Shown in pieces: positions 19,541 to 29,085 of a stretch of DNA of 64,000 nt; within the stretch, counting starts at the first letter, position 1, and every line of letters begins with the position of its first letter. The stretch is from positions 256,001 to 320,000 of the forward strand of contig CAVRZA010000011.1 of NCBI GenBank assembly GCA_963725665.1, given 5' to 3'. Position numbers and translations under genes: made by a program. Below the pieces are notes generated by a model. It searched no databases and was not told where the DNA came from. It worked only from the letters and a program-made list of their open reading frames with translations. Source of the DNA: an uncultured Actinomycetes bacterium (GTDB taxonomy: Bacteria > Actinomycetota > Thermoleophilia > UBA2241).

Positions 19541-20494
19541 TCACGTCGGCGGGATCTCCTCTGCTGGTCCGCCGCGCACGACGATGAGGACGCCGGCGGC
19601 GATGATGAGCGCGCCGCCGGCGACGGTCCATGCCGACGGGACCTCGCCGAGAAGCAAGTAGGCGTAGAAGGGCCCCACCACGGGAGCCAGGTAGCCGAGG
19701 ATCGAGGCCTGCTGGACGGGGATGTGACGTACGCCCTCGAACCAGAGCGTGTAGGGGAACGCCGTGCAGCACAGGCCGAGGATCAGGCCGATGACGAGAT
19801 CGCGCCCGGTGAGCCTATAGTCCTGCGCACCGACCTGCCACAAGGCGAGCGGCAGCACGATCAGGGCGTCGAGCCCCATCTCGCTCAGCACGAGCATCGC
19901 GTTGCCGACCCGCGGCGTGAGCGCCTTCACGAGGATCGTATACAGGCCGAAGAGCGCGCCGGCGGCGACCCCGGCGAGGATGCCCGCCGTCGTGGCGTCC
20001 GCGCCGTGGCCGAGCAGTTCGGGCAGCACGATGGTAACCATGCCCACCAGGGCGATGGCCAGGGCCAGGTAGACCGTGCGGTCGCTCGGCTCGCCCAGGA
20101 GGCGCGGCGCGAGCAGCGCCACATACACCGGCGAGGTGTAAAGGAGAAACAGGCCCAACGCGACGTTCGTGCCGCGCACCGCGATGAAGAACAGCAGCAC
20201 CGCCGCCGCACTGCAGGCGCCCATGAGGAGCAGCCGCGCCGGCGTGCCCGGCCGGAACGCCTGCGCCAGTGTGCGGCGGCGCGCGAAGAGCGCCGCGACG
20301 ACGAGCACGCCGCTCCCCATGCGGAGCACCACGAGGACGCTCGCGGGAGCGTCGGCCATGCGCACCAGCACGCCCGAGAGGCCGACCACCAGCCAGGATC
20401 CGGCGACCAGGAGGTAGCCGCGGCGCGAAGAGGGGCGCGTCGGCGCTCCGCGCGCCGTCACCGTGCCGTCCTGGACCGCCGCTTGGCTTCTCAC
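19541..20494 (-). CDS. DMT/EamA family transporter
   Basis: ~10 TM segments, ASILGYLAPV, GGALIIAAG; GTGA overlap with the upstream paralogue. Confidence 0.85.
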   Translation of the reverse strand: MRSQAAVQDGTVTARGAPTRPSSRRGYLLVAGSWLVVGLSGVLVRMADAPASVLVVLRMGSGVLVVAALFARRRTLAQAFRPGTPARLLLMGACSAAAVLLFFIAVRGTNVALGLFLLYTSPVYVALLAPRLLGEPSDRTVYLALAIALVGMVTIVLPELLGHGADATTAGILAGVAAGALFGLYTILVKALTPRVGNAMLVLSEMGLDALIVLPLALWQVGAQDYRLTGRDLVIGLILGLCCTAFPYTLWFEGVRHIPVQQASILGYLAPVVGPFYAYLLLGEVPSAWTVAGGALIIAAGVLIVVRGGPAEEIPPT

Positions 20495-21492
20495 GGCGGC
20501 ATCCCCTGGCCGGCGACGCCCGAAAGGAGGGGGCGCGCAGAGGCGCCTTCCTCGACCGCCGGCGTGGGCTCGGGTGCCCCGAAAACGATGATGAGCACTC
20601 CCGCGGCGATGATGAGGGCGCCGCCGGCGACGGTCCACGCCGAGGGACGTTGTCCGAGGAACACCAGTGCGAAGAGGGGCGCGCTCACAGGCTCGATGTA
20701 GCCCATGATCGAGGCGTGCTGCACCTTGACGTAGTGCATGCCGTCGAGGAACAAGCTAAACGACAGGGCCGTCATGACGAGACCCAGCAGGGCGGCCAGG
20801 AGCAGGTTGCGGGCCGTGAAATCGGCTGCCGGCGTCCGCCACAGCCCGAACGGCACCAGCACGACCGCCGTCACCACGCAGAGGGAGAAGACGATGCTGG
20901 TGCTGTGCAGGCCGCGGCGTCGCAGCTGCTTGGTCTGGAGCAGGTAGAGCGCGTAGAAGACGCCGGCGGCGAGGCCGGCGGCGAGGCCCCCGGCCGAGAG
21001 GCGGGCGCCGTCGCCGGCGAGCCCGGGCACGAGGATCAGCGCCATCCCGCCGACGGCCGCCGCCAGGGCGCCGTACACGACGCCCTCGGTGCGGCCGCCC
21101 TCGAAGCGGGGTCCCAGGAAGGCGACGTACACCGGCGCTAGATACGAGGTGAAGATGGCCACCGCCACCCCAGTCTCGCGTATGGCGACGAAGTAGAGCG
21201 AGAGGTTGGCGGCCAGCGTCAGCCCAGCGAGCAGCAGCCGCAGCGCGACACGCCGATCGCCGATCGAGGGCCAGTCGTGGCGCAGCGCGACGACGAGGCC
21301 GAGGGCGGCGGCGGCGAACACCATGCGCAAGCCGACGAGCATGACGACCGGCATCGTCGCCCACGTCACGACGACGCCGATGGCGCCGTTGATCAGCGCT
21401 CCCGTTCCCACCTCTGAGAAGCCGCGCAGACGGTGACCCCCCGGCCGTCCTCGCGATCTCAAGCGGGACCCCGTCGCGCCGCCATCCGTCAC
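20491..21492 (-). CDS. DMT/EamA family transporter
   Basis: ~10 TM segments, ASIMGYIEPV, GGALIIAAG. Confidence 0.85.
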   Translation of the reverse strand: MTDGGATGSRLRSRGRPGGHRLRGFSEVGTGALINGAIGVVVTWATMPVVMLVGLRMVFAAAALGLVVALRHDWPSIGDRRVALRLLLAGLTLAANLSLYFVAIRETGVAVAIFTSYLAPVYVAFLGPRFEGGRTEGVVYGALAAAVGGMALILVPGLAGDGARLSAGGLAAGLAAGVFYALYLLQTKQLRRRGLHSTSIVFSLCVVTAVVLVPFGLWRTPAADFTARNLLLAALLGLVMTALSFSLFLDGMHYVKVQHASIMGYIEPVSAPLFALVFLGQRPSAWTVAGGALIIAAGVLIIVFGAPEPTPAVEEGASARPLLSGVAGQGMPP

Positions 21493-23270
21493 GCGAAGGT
21501 CAGCGCCTGCGTGAACACCTCGTGGAACTTGGCGTGCGTCGCCAGCTCGAGGAAGGCGATGCGCCGGCGAAGCTCGGCGATGCGCTCGCGCTGACGCGTA
21601 TCGACGAGGGCCATCTGCGCCCCGACACCGGCCGCGTTGCCGACGAACGCGACACGCGACTTGGGCACCGGAGGCAGCAGGTCGATGGCGAGGGCGTTCT
21701 CGAGGTCGAGGTAGTTGCCGAAGGCCCCCGCGACGTAGACGTGGCGCAGGTCGTCGGGCGTCAGACCCTCGTGCTCGAGCAGCAGCGTCCAGCCGGCGCC
21801 GATGGCACCCTTGGCGAGCTGCAGGTTGCGCACGTCGTGCTGCGTGAACACGATCTCCCCGTGGGCTCCGTCGGTGAGCACGTACTCGAGCCCGTCGTCA
21901 GCCTCGCGCACGCGCTCGTGATCCGAGAGCATGCGCCCGCTCTTGTCGACGATGCCGCGCGCCACAAGGCCGGCGAGGATGTCGACCACACCCGAGCCGC
22001 AGATGCCGACCGGAGTCACGCCGCCGATCGTGCCGATGGCCGTGGGCATTCCTTCGGCGTCGAAGCTCACACGCTCGATGGCGCCCTCGGCCGCCTTCAT
22101 GCCACACTTCATCTGGTAGCCCTCGAAGGCGGGGCCCGAAGCGCAGCTCGTCGCGACAAGACGTCCCTCGTGCACGAGCACGATCTCGGTGTTCGTGCCG
22201 ATGTCGATCGCCGCGGCCGGCTCGCGTTTCGCTTCGAGGTGCGTCGCGGCGATCACCGCCAGACAGTCGGAGCCAACGAAGCCGGCGATGGGCGGCAAGA
22301 AGTAGACGCCGCCCTCGGGGTTCATGTCTATGCCGAGCTCGGCGGCGCGCAGGAGGAGCGGCCGATCGACGGCGGGCGCGAAAGGCGCGCCACCGAGGCC
22401 GACCGGAGAGATGCCCAGAGCCAGATGGTGCATCGCCGTGTTGCCCACGACGGTCATGTCGTAGACGTGGCGCGCCTCGATCCCCTGGCGCGCGTACAGG
22501 CTCGCGAGAGTCTCGTCGATCCCCTCGCGCGCCGCCCGCGCCAGGTCGCCGAGGCGCCCCTCGCGCATGGCCATGGTGATGCGCGTGATGACGTCTTCGC
22601 CGAAGCGCATCTGCGGATTCTCGACCGCCTCCTGGTCGACCTGGGCCCCGGCCGTCAGGTCGAACAGGTAGGTGATGATCTTCGAGGTGCCGATGTCGAC
22701 GGCGGCGCCGTAGACGTGCGGCGCGGCGCCGTCGGGCTCGACGTCGATCAGTGTGTCGCCGTAGCGTGTGACGACCGCCTCCCAGTCGCTCTCGCGCAAC
22801 GTGTCCGGGAGCGTGCGCAGCACCGTCAGCGGCACCTGACTTACACCGAGCTGCGTGCACAGGCGTTCGTCGTCGGAGGCCGCCGAGCCGAGCTCGGGCG
22901 GCGTCAGGCGCACGGCCTCCCTGACGACCGCCGAGCGCACCTCGCCGTGGTGCAGCCGGGAGGTCGTAAGGATCTGACGCCGCCCCTTCGCTTCACGCAC
23001 CTCGACGCTGACACGCTCACCACGCGCATACGCCTGGCAGGCGAGACGCCAACCTTCAGCGAGCAGCTTGGGCGAGAGGCGCTTGGCCTCCTCCTCGGTG
23101 GGAGAGCTGAGGTCGCCGGCGCCCAGCCGGACGAGGCACTTGCCGCAGGTGCCGCGGCCGCCGCAGGTCGCCGGCACCTCGATGCCGACCTTCGTGACGG
23201 CCGCCAGCAGGGGCTCGTCGGCGTCGAGCTCGACGGTGACGCCGATGGGCTCGATGAAGACCTTCGTCAC
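21489..23270 (-). CDS. Reductive activator of corrinoid enzymes (RACE/RamA-like, ASKHA/DUF4445 with N-terminal [2Fe-2S])
   Basis: CGGRGTCGKC...RLACQ, DIGTS, NPQ..FG.DVITR, DIGTNTE, GPAFEG, GICGSG, AGAFG, GNAA. Confidence 0.92.
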   Translation of the reverse strand: MTKVFIEPIGVTVELDADEPLLAAVTKVGIEVPATCGGRGTCGKCLVRLGAGDLSSPTEEEAKRLSPKLLAEGWRLACQAYARGERVSVEVREAKGRRQILTTSRLHHGEVRSAVVREAVRLTPPELGSAASDDERLCTQLGVSQVPLTVLRTLPDTLRESDWEAVVTRYGDTLIDVEPDGAAPHVYGAAVDIGTSKIITYLFDLTAGAQVDQEAVENPQMRFGEDVITRITMAMREGRLGDLARAAREGIDETLASLYARQGIEARHVYDMTVVGNTAMHHLALGISPVGLGGAPFAPAVDRPLLLRAAELGIDMNPEGGVYFLPPIAGFVGSDCLAVIAATHLEAKREPAAAIDIGTNTEIVLVHEGRLVATSCASGPAFEGYQMKCGMKAAEGAIERVSFDAEGMPTAIGTIGGVTPVGICGSGVVDILAGLVARGIVDKSGRMLSDHERVREADDGLEYVLTDGAHGEIVFTQHDVRNLQLAKGAIGAGWTLLLEHEGLTPDDLRHVYVAGAFGNYLDLENALAIDLLPPVPKSRVAFVGNAAGVGAQMALVDTRQRERIAELRRRIAFLELATHAKFHEVFTQALTFA

Positions 23271-23309
23271 GGCGTCGCCGCTGTCGCCGCGACCCTCGTC
23301 ACCGCAGTC

Positions 23310-24608
23310 TCAATGCGCGACATGGAACGGCTCCGTGTGGATGTCGGCCATCAACGCCTTGCGGTCCGTGACCTTCTGCCAGCGAGCCGCCCAGACGTCC
23401 TCGAGCGTCGGCCCGGGCGTATCGAAGAGCTTGGCCACGCCGAGCCGCTGGCGTTCGGCTTCGCAGTCCTGGCAGTGGCACTCGAACTGGTAGTCTTCGG
23501 GCTCGGTGTACTTCGAGATGATGCCCTCGTAGTTGCGCAGGATGACCTGATGGTCGGCCTGCGAGATCATGTAGGTCGGGATGACCGGCGTCTTCCCGCC
23601 GCCGCCGATGGCGTCGATGATGTAGGTCGGGACGGCGAAGCCGGTGGTGTGCCCGCGCAGGCTCTCGTAGATCTCGACGCCCTTGGCGACCGAGGTGCGG
23701 AAGTGGGCGGTGCCCTCGGCGAGATCGCACTGGTAGTAGTAGTAGGGCTTGACGCGGATCCTCACGAGCCCGTGCACGAGCCGCTTCATCACCTTGGCGC
23801 AGTCGTTGACGCCGCGCATCAGCACCGACTGGTTGCCGAGGGGGATGCCGGCGTCGGCCAGCATGGCGCAGGCGCGCTCCGAGTCGGGCGTGATCTCCTT
23901 CGGGTGGTTGAAGTGGGTGTTGAGGTAGAGCGGGTGGTACTTCCTGAGCATGGCGCAGAGCTCGGGGGTGATGCGCTGCGGGCAGACCACCGGCATACGC
24001 GAGCCGATGCGCACGATCTCGACGTGGTCGATGGCCGTTACGCGCTGCAGGAGCCACTCGAGCTTCTCGTCGGAGAGCGTCAGAGGGTCGCCGCCCGAGA
24101 GGAGCACGTCGCGCACCTCGGGGTTGCGCTGGATGTAGGTGAAGGCGTTCTCGTAGTCCTGGTCGGACACCGCGCCCTCGTGCTCCCCCACGATGCGCCG
24201 CCGCGTGCAGTGCCGGCAGTACATCGAGCACATCTCGGTGGTGATGAAGAGCACGCGGTCGGGGTAGCGATGCGTGATCAGCGTGGTCGGCGAGTCGATC
24301 GTCTCGGCGATGGCGTCCTTCATGTCGGCCGCCCCGACGATCAGCTCCTTCGTCGTCGGGACGCCCTGCTGGCGCACGGGGCACGACGCGTCGTCGGGGT
24401 CCATGAGCGACGCGTAGTAAGGGGTCACGGCGACCCTGAACTTGCCCATGCAGGCCTCGAGGTCGGTGCGCTGCTCGTCGGTCAGGTCGAGCACCTGGTC
24501 GAAGTCCTCGCCGATGGTCAGGCGGTTGCGCACCTGCCAGCGCCAGTCGTTCCACTGGGCCTCGGTGACGTCCTTGAAGAGGGGGATCTCGTTCCACTGT
24601 CGTGCCAT
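23310..24608 (-). CDS. kamA: Lysine 2,3-aminomutase (radical SAM)
   Basis: WNDWRWQ, THRYPDRVL, CSMYCRHCTRRR, SGGDP, NTHFNH, GGGGK (PLP Lys), LRNYEG, C-terminal CxCxxC. Confidence 0.93.
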   Translation of the reverse strand: MARQWNEIPLFKDVTEAQWNDWRWQVRNRLTIGEDFDQVLDLTDEQRTDLEACMGKFRVAVTPYYASLMDPDDASCPVRQQGVPTTKELIVGAADMKDAIAETIDSPTTLITHRYPDRVLFITTEMCSMYCRHCTRRRIVGEHEGAVSDQDYENAFTYIQRNPEVRDVLLSGGDPLTLSDEKLEWLLQRVTAIDHVEIVRIGSRMPVVCPQRITPELCAMLRKYHPLYLNTHFNHPKEITPDSERACAMLADAGIPLGNQSVLMRGVNDCAKVMKRLVHGLVRIRVKPYYYYQCDLAEGTAHFRTSVAKGVEIYESLRGHTTGFAVPTYIIDAIGGGGKTPVIPTYMISQADHQVILRNYEGIISKYTEPEDYQFECHCQDCEAERQRLGVAKLFDTPGPTLEDVWAARWQKVTDRKALMADIHTEPFHVAH

Positions 24609-24745
24609 GTCGTCGTCTCCTATCTCGCGGGAGCCTCGCCCTCGGCTCCGCTGCCCTGGCCCGAATCTCTCTCATACGAGGCGTGCCGGCGTAAGAAGTG
24701 GGTCAGCACGCAGAGGTCGTCAGGGGCCGCGAAGGCCCTTTGGGG

Positions 24746-26276
24746 TCACAGACCGGAAGTGGCGATGATGCGCGCCAGGGTCTCCGCCTTCTCGGCTTCG
24801 AGGGGCGGGACGCGGTGCTCCGCAAGGATGCGCGCCGCGAGCTCCTCCGCCTTGCGCTCGGAGCCGACCCTGCCCTCGCGCTGCCACGCTTCGAGCGAGC
24901 TGCGGTCGAAGACGCGCGGACGCCACACATCGCGCATGTGGCGGCGCGTGTGCCTCTGCGCGAGGGCGTTGCCCCCGATCCCGACGGCGGCAATCGTCTC
25001 CTGCGCCATAGTCTCCTCGTCGACCTCTATGCCTTCGGCGATGCGCGCGCACACGGCGCGCGACTCGCAATCCAGAACGAGCTGCCCCGGCGAAAAGGCG
25101 CGGCCACCGGCGAGCAGGCCCGCGCCCATCAGCAAGGCTGGGATCCCCAGGGCCGTGATCAGTGTGGCGAACGTAGTCTCCACCGACGAGCGCCACCCCG
25201 GCTGTGCCGCCCCTGCGGTCGCCGGCGCGATCAGCGACGGCAGCCCGAACGAGCTCATCAGCTCATTGTACGCCAGCGCGAGGAGCCAGGCGCGGGGGGC
25301 GTCGGTGAGGTCGGCCGGGGGCGACCACGGGGCGTCCTCCGTAGGGCTCGCGATGAAGGTCGTGCCTGGCGCGACGAGCTGCACGACGGCGCAGGCGGCG
25401 AGGGCGCTCGCGGCCCGCCGGGCGAGGCGCTCGCCGAGGCCGCCGGCCGCGGCGAGCGCCTCGCCCCCGGTCGTCGCTGGAGCTGATCCTGCGGCGCCGG
25501 ACGTATCGCCCAGCGCGAGCGCGAAGCCCACCGGCAGGCCGCGCCGGGCGGCCACGAGAAGCGCGTCGACCGCCGACGCGGCGGCAAGCTGGCCCGGCGC
25601 TACCAGCGACACGGGTGGTCGGCGGCGCAGCACCTCGTCGCCAGCGACCGCCGCCGCCATGGCGGCCACCGCCTCGGCCTGCGCCGGCGAATCGACCGTC
25701 GTCAGCATGACGTGCTTCGTCGTGTTGGCGAGGCACACCTCCAGCTCTTCGGCGACGGCTCTGCCAGGCCTTCGGGCGGCGAGAGGCGCGCCCGCCGCCG
25801 CGCCACCGCGCGCAAGGGCGAGCGGCGGCCCGGCGACGAGGGCGACCTCGGGCAGCCCGTCGGCAAGTCGACAGGCCTCGGCGAGGTCGCTGCGCTCGGC
25901 GGGCCGCCGCTCGCCGCCGGCGGCAAGCAGCTCGGCCGCCGGTCCGCCGGTCGCCAGCAGGGCAGCTCCGCCCGAGCACGACGTCGCACTCCGGCACCCG
26001 TCCGCCGAGCACCGGGGTGGTCGACGCGAGCGCGAGCGCCTCTTCGATCAGGCGCGCCGGAGGCCGGGCGAGACCCGTCAACTGATCGAGCGGCACGCCG
26101 GCGTCGGCGAGGGCCGCGCGCGCGCGCTCGCCGGGCACGACGACGCCGCGTGTCTCGAGCAGGCGCAGCGCCTCGGCGCGCAGCCACGCGAGCTCCGCCG
26201 AGCCGAGGGCGCGCAGGGCCAGACGGCCCTGCGCGCCCACGGCCGCCGTCTCCGCTCGCGACCCGTTCCCGGTCAC
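24746..26276 (-). CDS. Degenerate MttB/MtgB-family methyltransferase paralogue; frameshift near 25972
   Basis: N-terminus (ALRLLETRGV) and C-terminus (NTTKH, GIEVDEETMA, HTRRHMR, EHRVPPL) are joined by removing one G in CTCGGGCGG; GTGA overlap with the upstream mttB. Confidence 0.7.
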
Positions 26277-27745
26277 GTCGCCGCCAGAGCCTCCGCGTCG
26301 GCGCGCGCCACGATGCGCGCAAGCTCGGCTTGCGCGTCGTCGGGCAGCGGCTCCGGCCGGTGGTTCTCGAGGATGTCGGCCGCGACGGCCGTCGCCCTCT
26401 CGAGGGCGCCGGCCTTGCCGGCCGCGAGCCACTGGTCGTAGGTCGAGCGGTCCCACACCGCCGGGCGCCAGATGTCCTTCATGTGCCGTCGGGTGTGCTT
26501 CTCGGCCAAGTAGGTGCCGTTGGGGCCGATCTCCTTGATGACGTCGAGGGCCAGCGTCTCGTCGTCGACGACGATGCCCTCGGCCATCCTCTGCACGATG
26601 CCGTATATCTCGCACTCCATCACCATGTGCGGATACGAGAGGATCTTGGAGCCGTTCAGAAGACCCGTCCCGTTCATCATGTCGGCCACCGTCATGACGC
26701 TGGCGAAGGTCGAGAGCGAGTCGTCGACGGCGGCCTGCCAGTCGGGCTCCTTGGCGCCCGTCGCCATGGTGCCAATGGCCATGGGTAGACCGTAGAAGTG
26801 CGCCAGCTGGGTCGCCGCGGCGGCAAGGAGGTAGTCCTCGGGACTGCCGCCGGTGTAGCCGCCGGTCTTGAGGTCGATGACGCTGGGGGCGCCGGAGAAG
26901 AACGCCGGACAGCCCGGGTAGGCCAGCTCGAGGAGCACCACGCCTGAGAGGGCCTCGGCGTTCTGCACGACGAGGTTGCCGGCGAGCGTCGCCGGCGCCG
27001 TTCCGCACGACAGGGGCATGGGCATGAAGCCGCTGGCGAGGCCGTATTCGGCCGCGACCAGGTTGGCGTCGAGGTTGGGTCCGTCGTGGGCCAGGGGATC
27101 GACCGCGCACTGCATGAAGCTCACGATGGGCCGCCGCCGCAGCTCGTCGGTGCCGCCGACGATGGCGGCGGCCATCTCGACCACGGCGCGAGCCGCCTTC
27201 TCGCCGACCGTGGTCACCGCCTGATAGTGCTTCGTCGTGTTGTTGAGCACCGCCTCGGAGTCGTGCAACGCCTTGGTGGCGGGTGGCACGTCCTGCGAGG
27301 TGACGATCGGTCCCCAGTAGTAGGAGACGTTGGGCAGCGCGTCCACGAACCGAGCTGACTCGGCGGCGTCGGCCTTCGTCGAGGGGCGCTTCTCACCGCT
27401 GCGCGGATCGAGCACGAAGACACCCGAGGCGTCGTTGGAGAGGTAGCAGTGCCGGCCGTCGATGAGCAGGTCGCAGGCGCGATCGCGGGCCGCGAGCACG
27501 TACTCCCTGGGCGCCCATGACGCGGCCTCCATGACGATCGCGCGCGGCAGGCGCACGACACTCGTCGCGCGGTCGACGCGGCAGCCGCCCTTCTCGAGTG
27601 CGTCGAGCGCGCGCGCCGAGGGGAAGTGGACACCGGTCTCCTCGAGGACCTCGAGAGTGGCGTCGTGGATGCGTTCGATGTCGGACGGCGAGAGCACCTC
27701 CCAGCGGAGGCGGGGGACGATGGGGTTGATCCTCGGGGCAGTCAT
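26273..27745 (-). CDS. MttB/MtgB-family corrinoid methyltransferase, pyrrolysine-free
   Basis: IERIHDATLEVLEETGV, TAPATLAG, DLKTG..GSPE, AKEPDWQA, GIVVDDETLA, GPNGTYL..HT; no in-frame TAG. Confidence 0.92.
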   Translation of the reverse strand: MTAPRINPIVPRLRWEVLSPSDIERIHDATLEVLEETGVHFPSARALDALEKGGCRVDRATSVVRLPRAIVMEAASWAPREYVLAARDRACDLLIDGRHCYLSNDASGVFVLDPRSGEKRPSTKADAAESARFVDALPNVSYYWGPIVTSQDVPPATKALHDSEAVLNNTTKHYQAVTTVGEKAARAVVEMAAAIVGGTDELRRRPIVSFMQCAVDPLAHDGPNLDANLVAAEYGLASGFMPMPLSCGTAPATLAGNLVVQNAEALSGVVLLELAYPGCPAFFSGAPSVIDLKTGGYTGGSPEDYLLAAAATQLAHFYGLPMAIGTMATGAKEPDWQAAVDDSLSTFASVMTVADMMNGTGLLNGSKILSYPHMVMECEIYGIVQRMAEGIVVDDETLALDVIKEIGPNGTYLAEKHTRRHMKDIWRPAVWDRSTYDQWLAAGKAGALERATAVAADILENHRPEPLPDDAQAELARIVARADAEALAAT

Positions 27746-27961
27746 CGGACGGCGACCTCATATCTCGGACAGGCGGACGCGTCGGAACGGGGCACGGGCT
27801 GCGGCCGCCGCGCACGGCCGGGCGCGGCGGCCCTCGCCGCTACGCGGCGAAGGTGCGGTAGATGTGGCTGATCGAACCGGCGACCACGGCCGTCACTCTA
27901 CCATGTCAGCGGGCCGCACGCGTGTGCGGTACAGTACCCAGAGGACCCCCGGGAGGATGGC

Positions 27962-29050
27962 ATGAAGCTGGTCGCCGACTGCGAGAAGATCCGTCAAAAC
28001 GCCCGCGCCGTCGTCGAGCTGTGCGCCACGCACGGCATCGAGGTCGCCGGGGTGACGAAGTGCTGTTGCGGCGAGCCCGAGGTGGCCCGCGCCATGCTGG
28101 CGGGGGGCTGCACCATGCTCGCCGACTCCCGCCTCGCCAACGTGGCGCGCATGCGCGACGCCGGCATCGACGCTCCCATCATGCTCCTGCGGCTCCCGTC
28201 GCTGAGCGAAGCCGACGAGGTGGTCAGGCTCACCGACTACAGCCTCAACAGCGAGGTCGAGACGGTCAGGGCGCTGTCGCACGCGGCGCTGCGGGCCGGC
28301 GCGACGCACGCCGTCGTCCTCATGGTCGACACGGGCGACCGGCGCGAGGGCGTGCAGCCCGAGCGTGTCGTCGGGGTCTGTCGCGAGCTCCTCGAGCTGC
28401 CGGGAATCGACCTCGCCGGTCTGGGCACGAGCCTCAACTGCCTCTGCGGCGTCTGCCCGACGCCGGAGAACCAGCAGCGCTTCGCCGACATCGTCGAGGA
28501 GACCGAGGCGGAGCTGAGCGTCCGCTTCCGCCTTGTGTCGGGTGGCCACACCGGCAACCTGCACCTGGTGCAGAAGGGTCTCGTGCCGGCGCGCTTCAAC
28601 CACTTCCGCGTCGGCGAGGCCATCCTCACCGGCACCGATTTCTCCACCTGGGCCGAGCTGCCCGTGCCCTACATGGACACCTTCAAGGTCTACGCCGATG
28701 TCGTCGAGCTGCAGGACAAACCCTCCGCACCCGAGGGCACGATCGGGCCCGATGCCTTCATGGAGGTGCACGAGTGGCCCGACCGCGGCGTGCGCCGCAG
28801 GGCCATCGTGGCTCTGGGCGAGATCGACCTGCGCACGCGGAGCCTCATCCCGACGCGCCCCGGGATCGAGCTCGTAGGGGCGAGCTCCGACCACCTCGTG
28901 CTCGACGTGACCGAGGCGGAGCCCCCGATACGCCTGGCCGAGGAGCTCGAGTTCGACACCATCTACCCGGCCGTCTCCACGGGCTGGGCGAGCTCCTGCA
29001 CGACGAAGATCGTGCTGCCCATCAAGGAGTCGGCGACGCTACAGCGCTGA
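27962..29050 (+). CDS. Ornithine/alanine racemase family PLP enzyme (Orr-like)
   Basis: GVTK, ADSRL.N, LLRLP, SLNSE, MVDTGDRREG, SGG, RVGE, GASSDH. Confidence 0.85.
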   Translation: MKLVADCEKIRQNARAVVELCATHGIEVAGVTKCCCGEPEVARAMLAGGCTMLADSRLANVARMRDAGIDAPIMLLRLPSLSEADEVVRLTDYSLNSEVETVRALSHAALRAGATHAVVLMVDTGDRREGVQPERVVGVCRELLELPGIDLAGLGTSLNCLCGVCPTPENQQRFADIVEETEAELSVRFRLVSGGHTGNLHLVQKGLVPARFNHFRVGEAILTGTDFSTWAELPVPYMDTFKVYADVVELQDKPSAPEGTIGPDAFMEVHEWPDRGVRRRAIVALGEIDLRTRSLIPTRPGIELVGASSDHLVLDVTEAEPPIRLAEELEFDTIYPAVSTGWASSCTTKIVLPIKESATLQR

Positions 29051-29085
29051 CGGCCGGGCGGGGGCGGGCGCGCCGCCGCCGTGAG

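Noticed and set aside
21522-26441. 1639-aa plus-strand ORF and other long antisense ORFs (e.g. 42764-45592, 45747-48206)
   Set aside because: Shadow frames opposite well-supported genes in high-GC DNA; no recognisable motifs.
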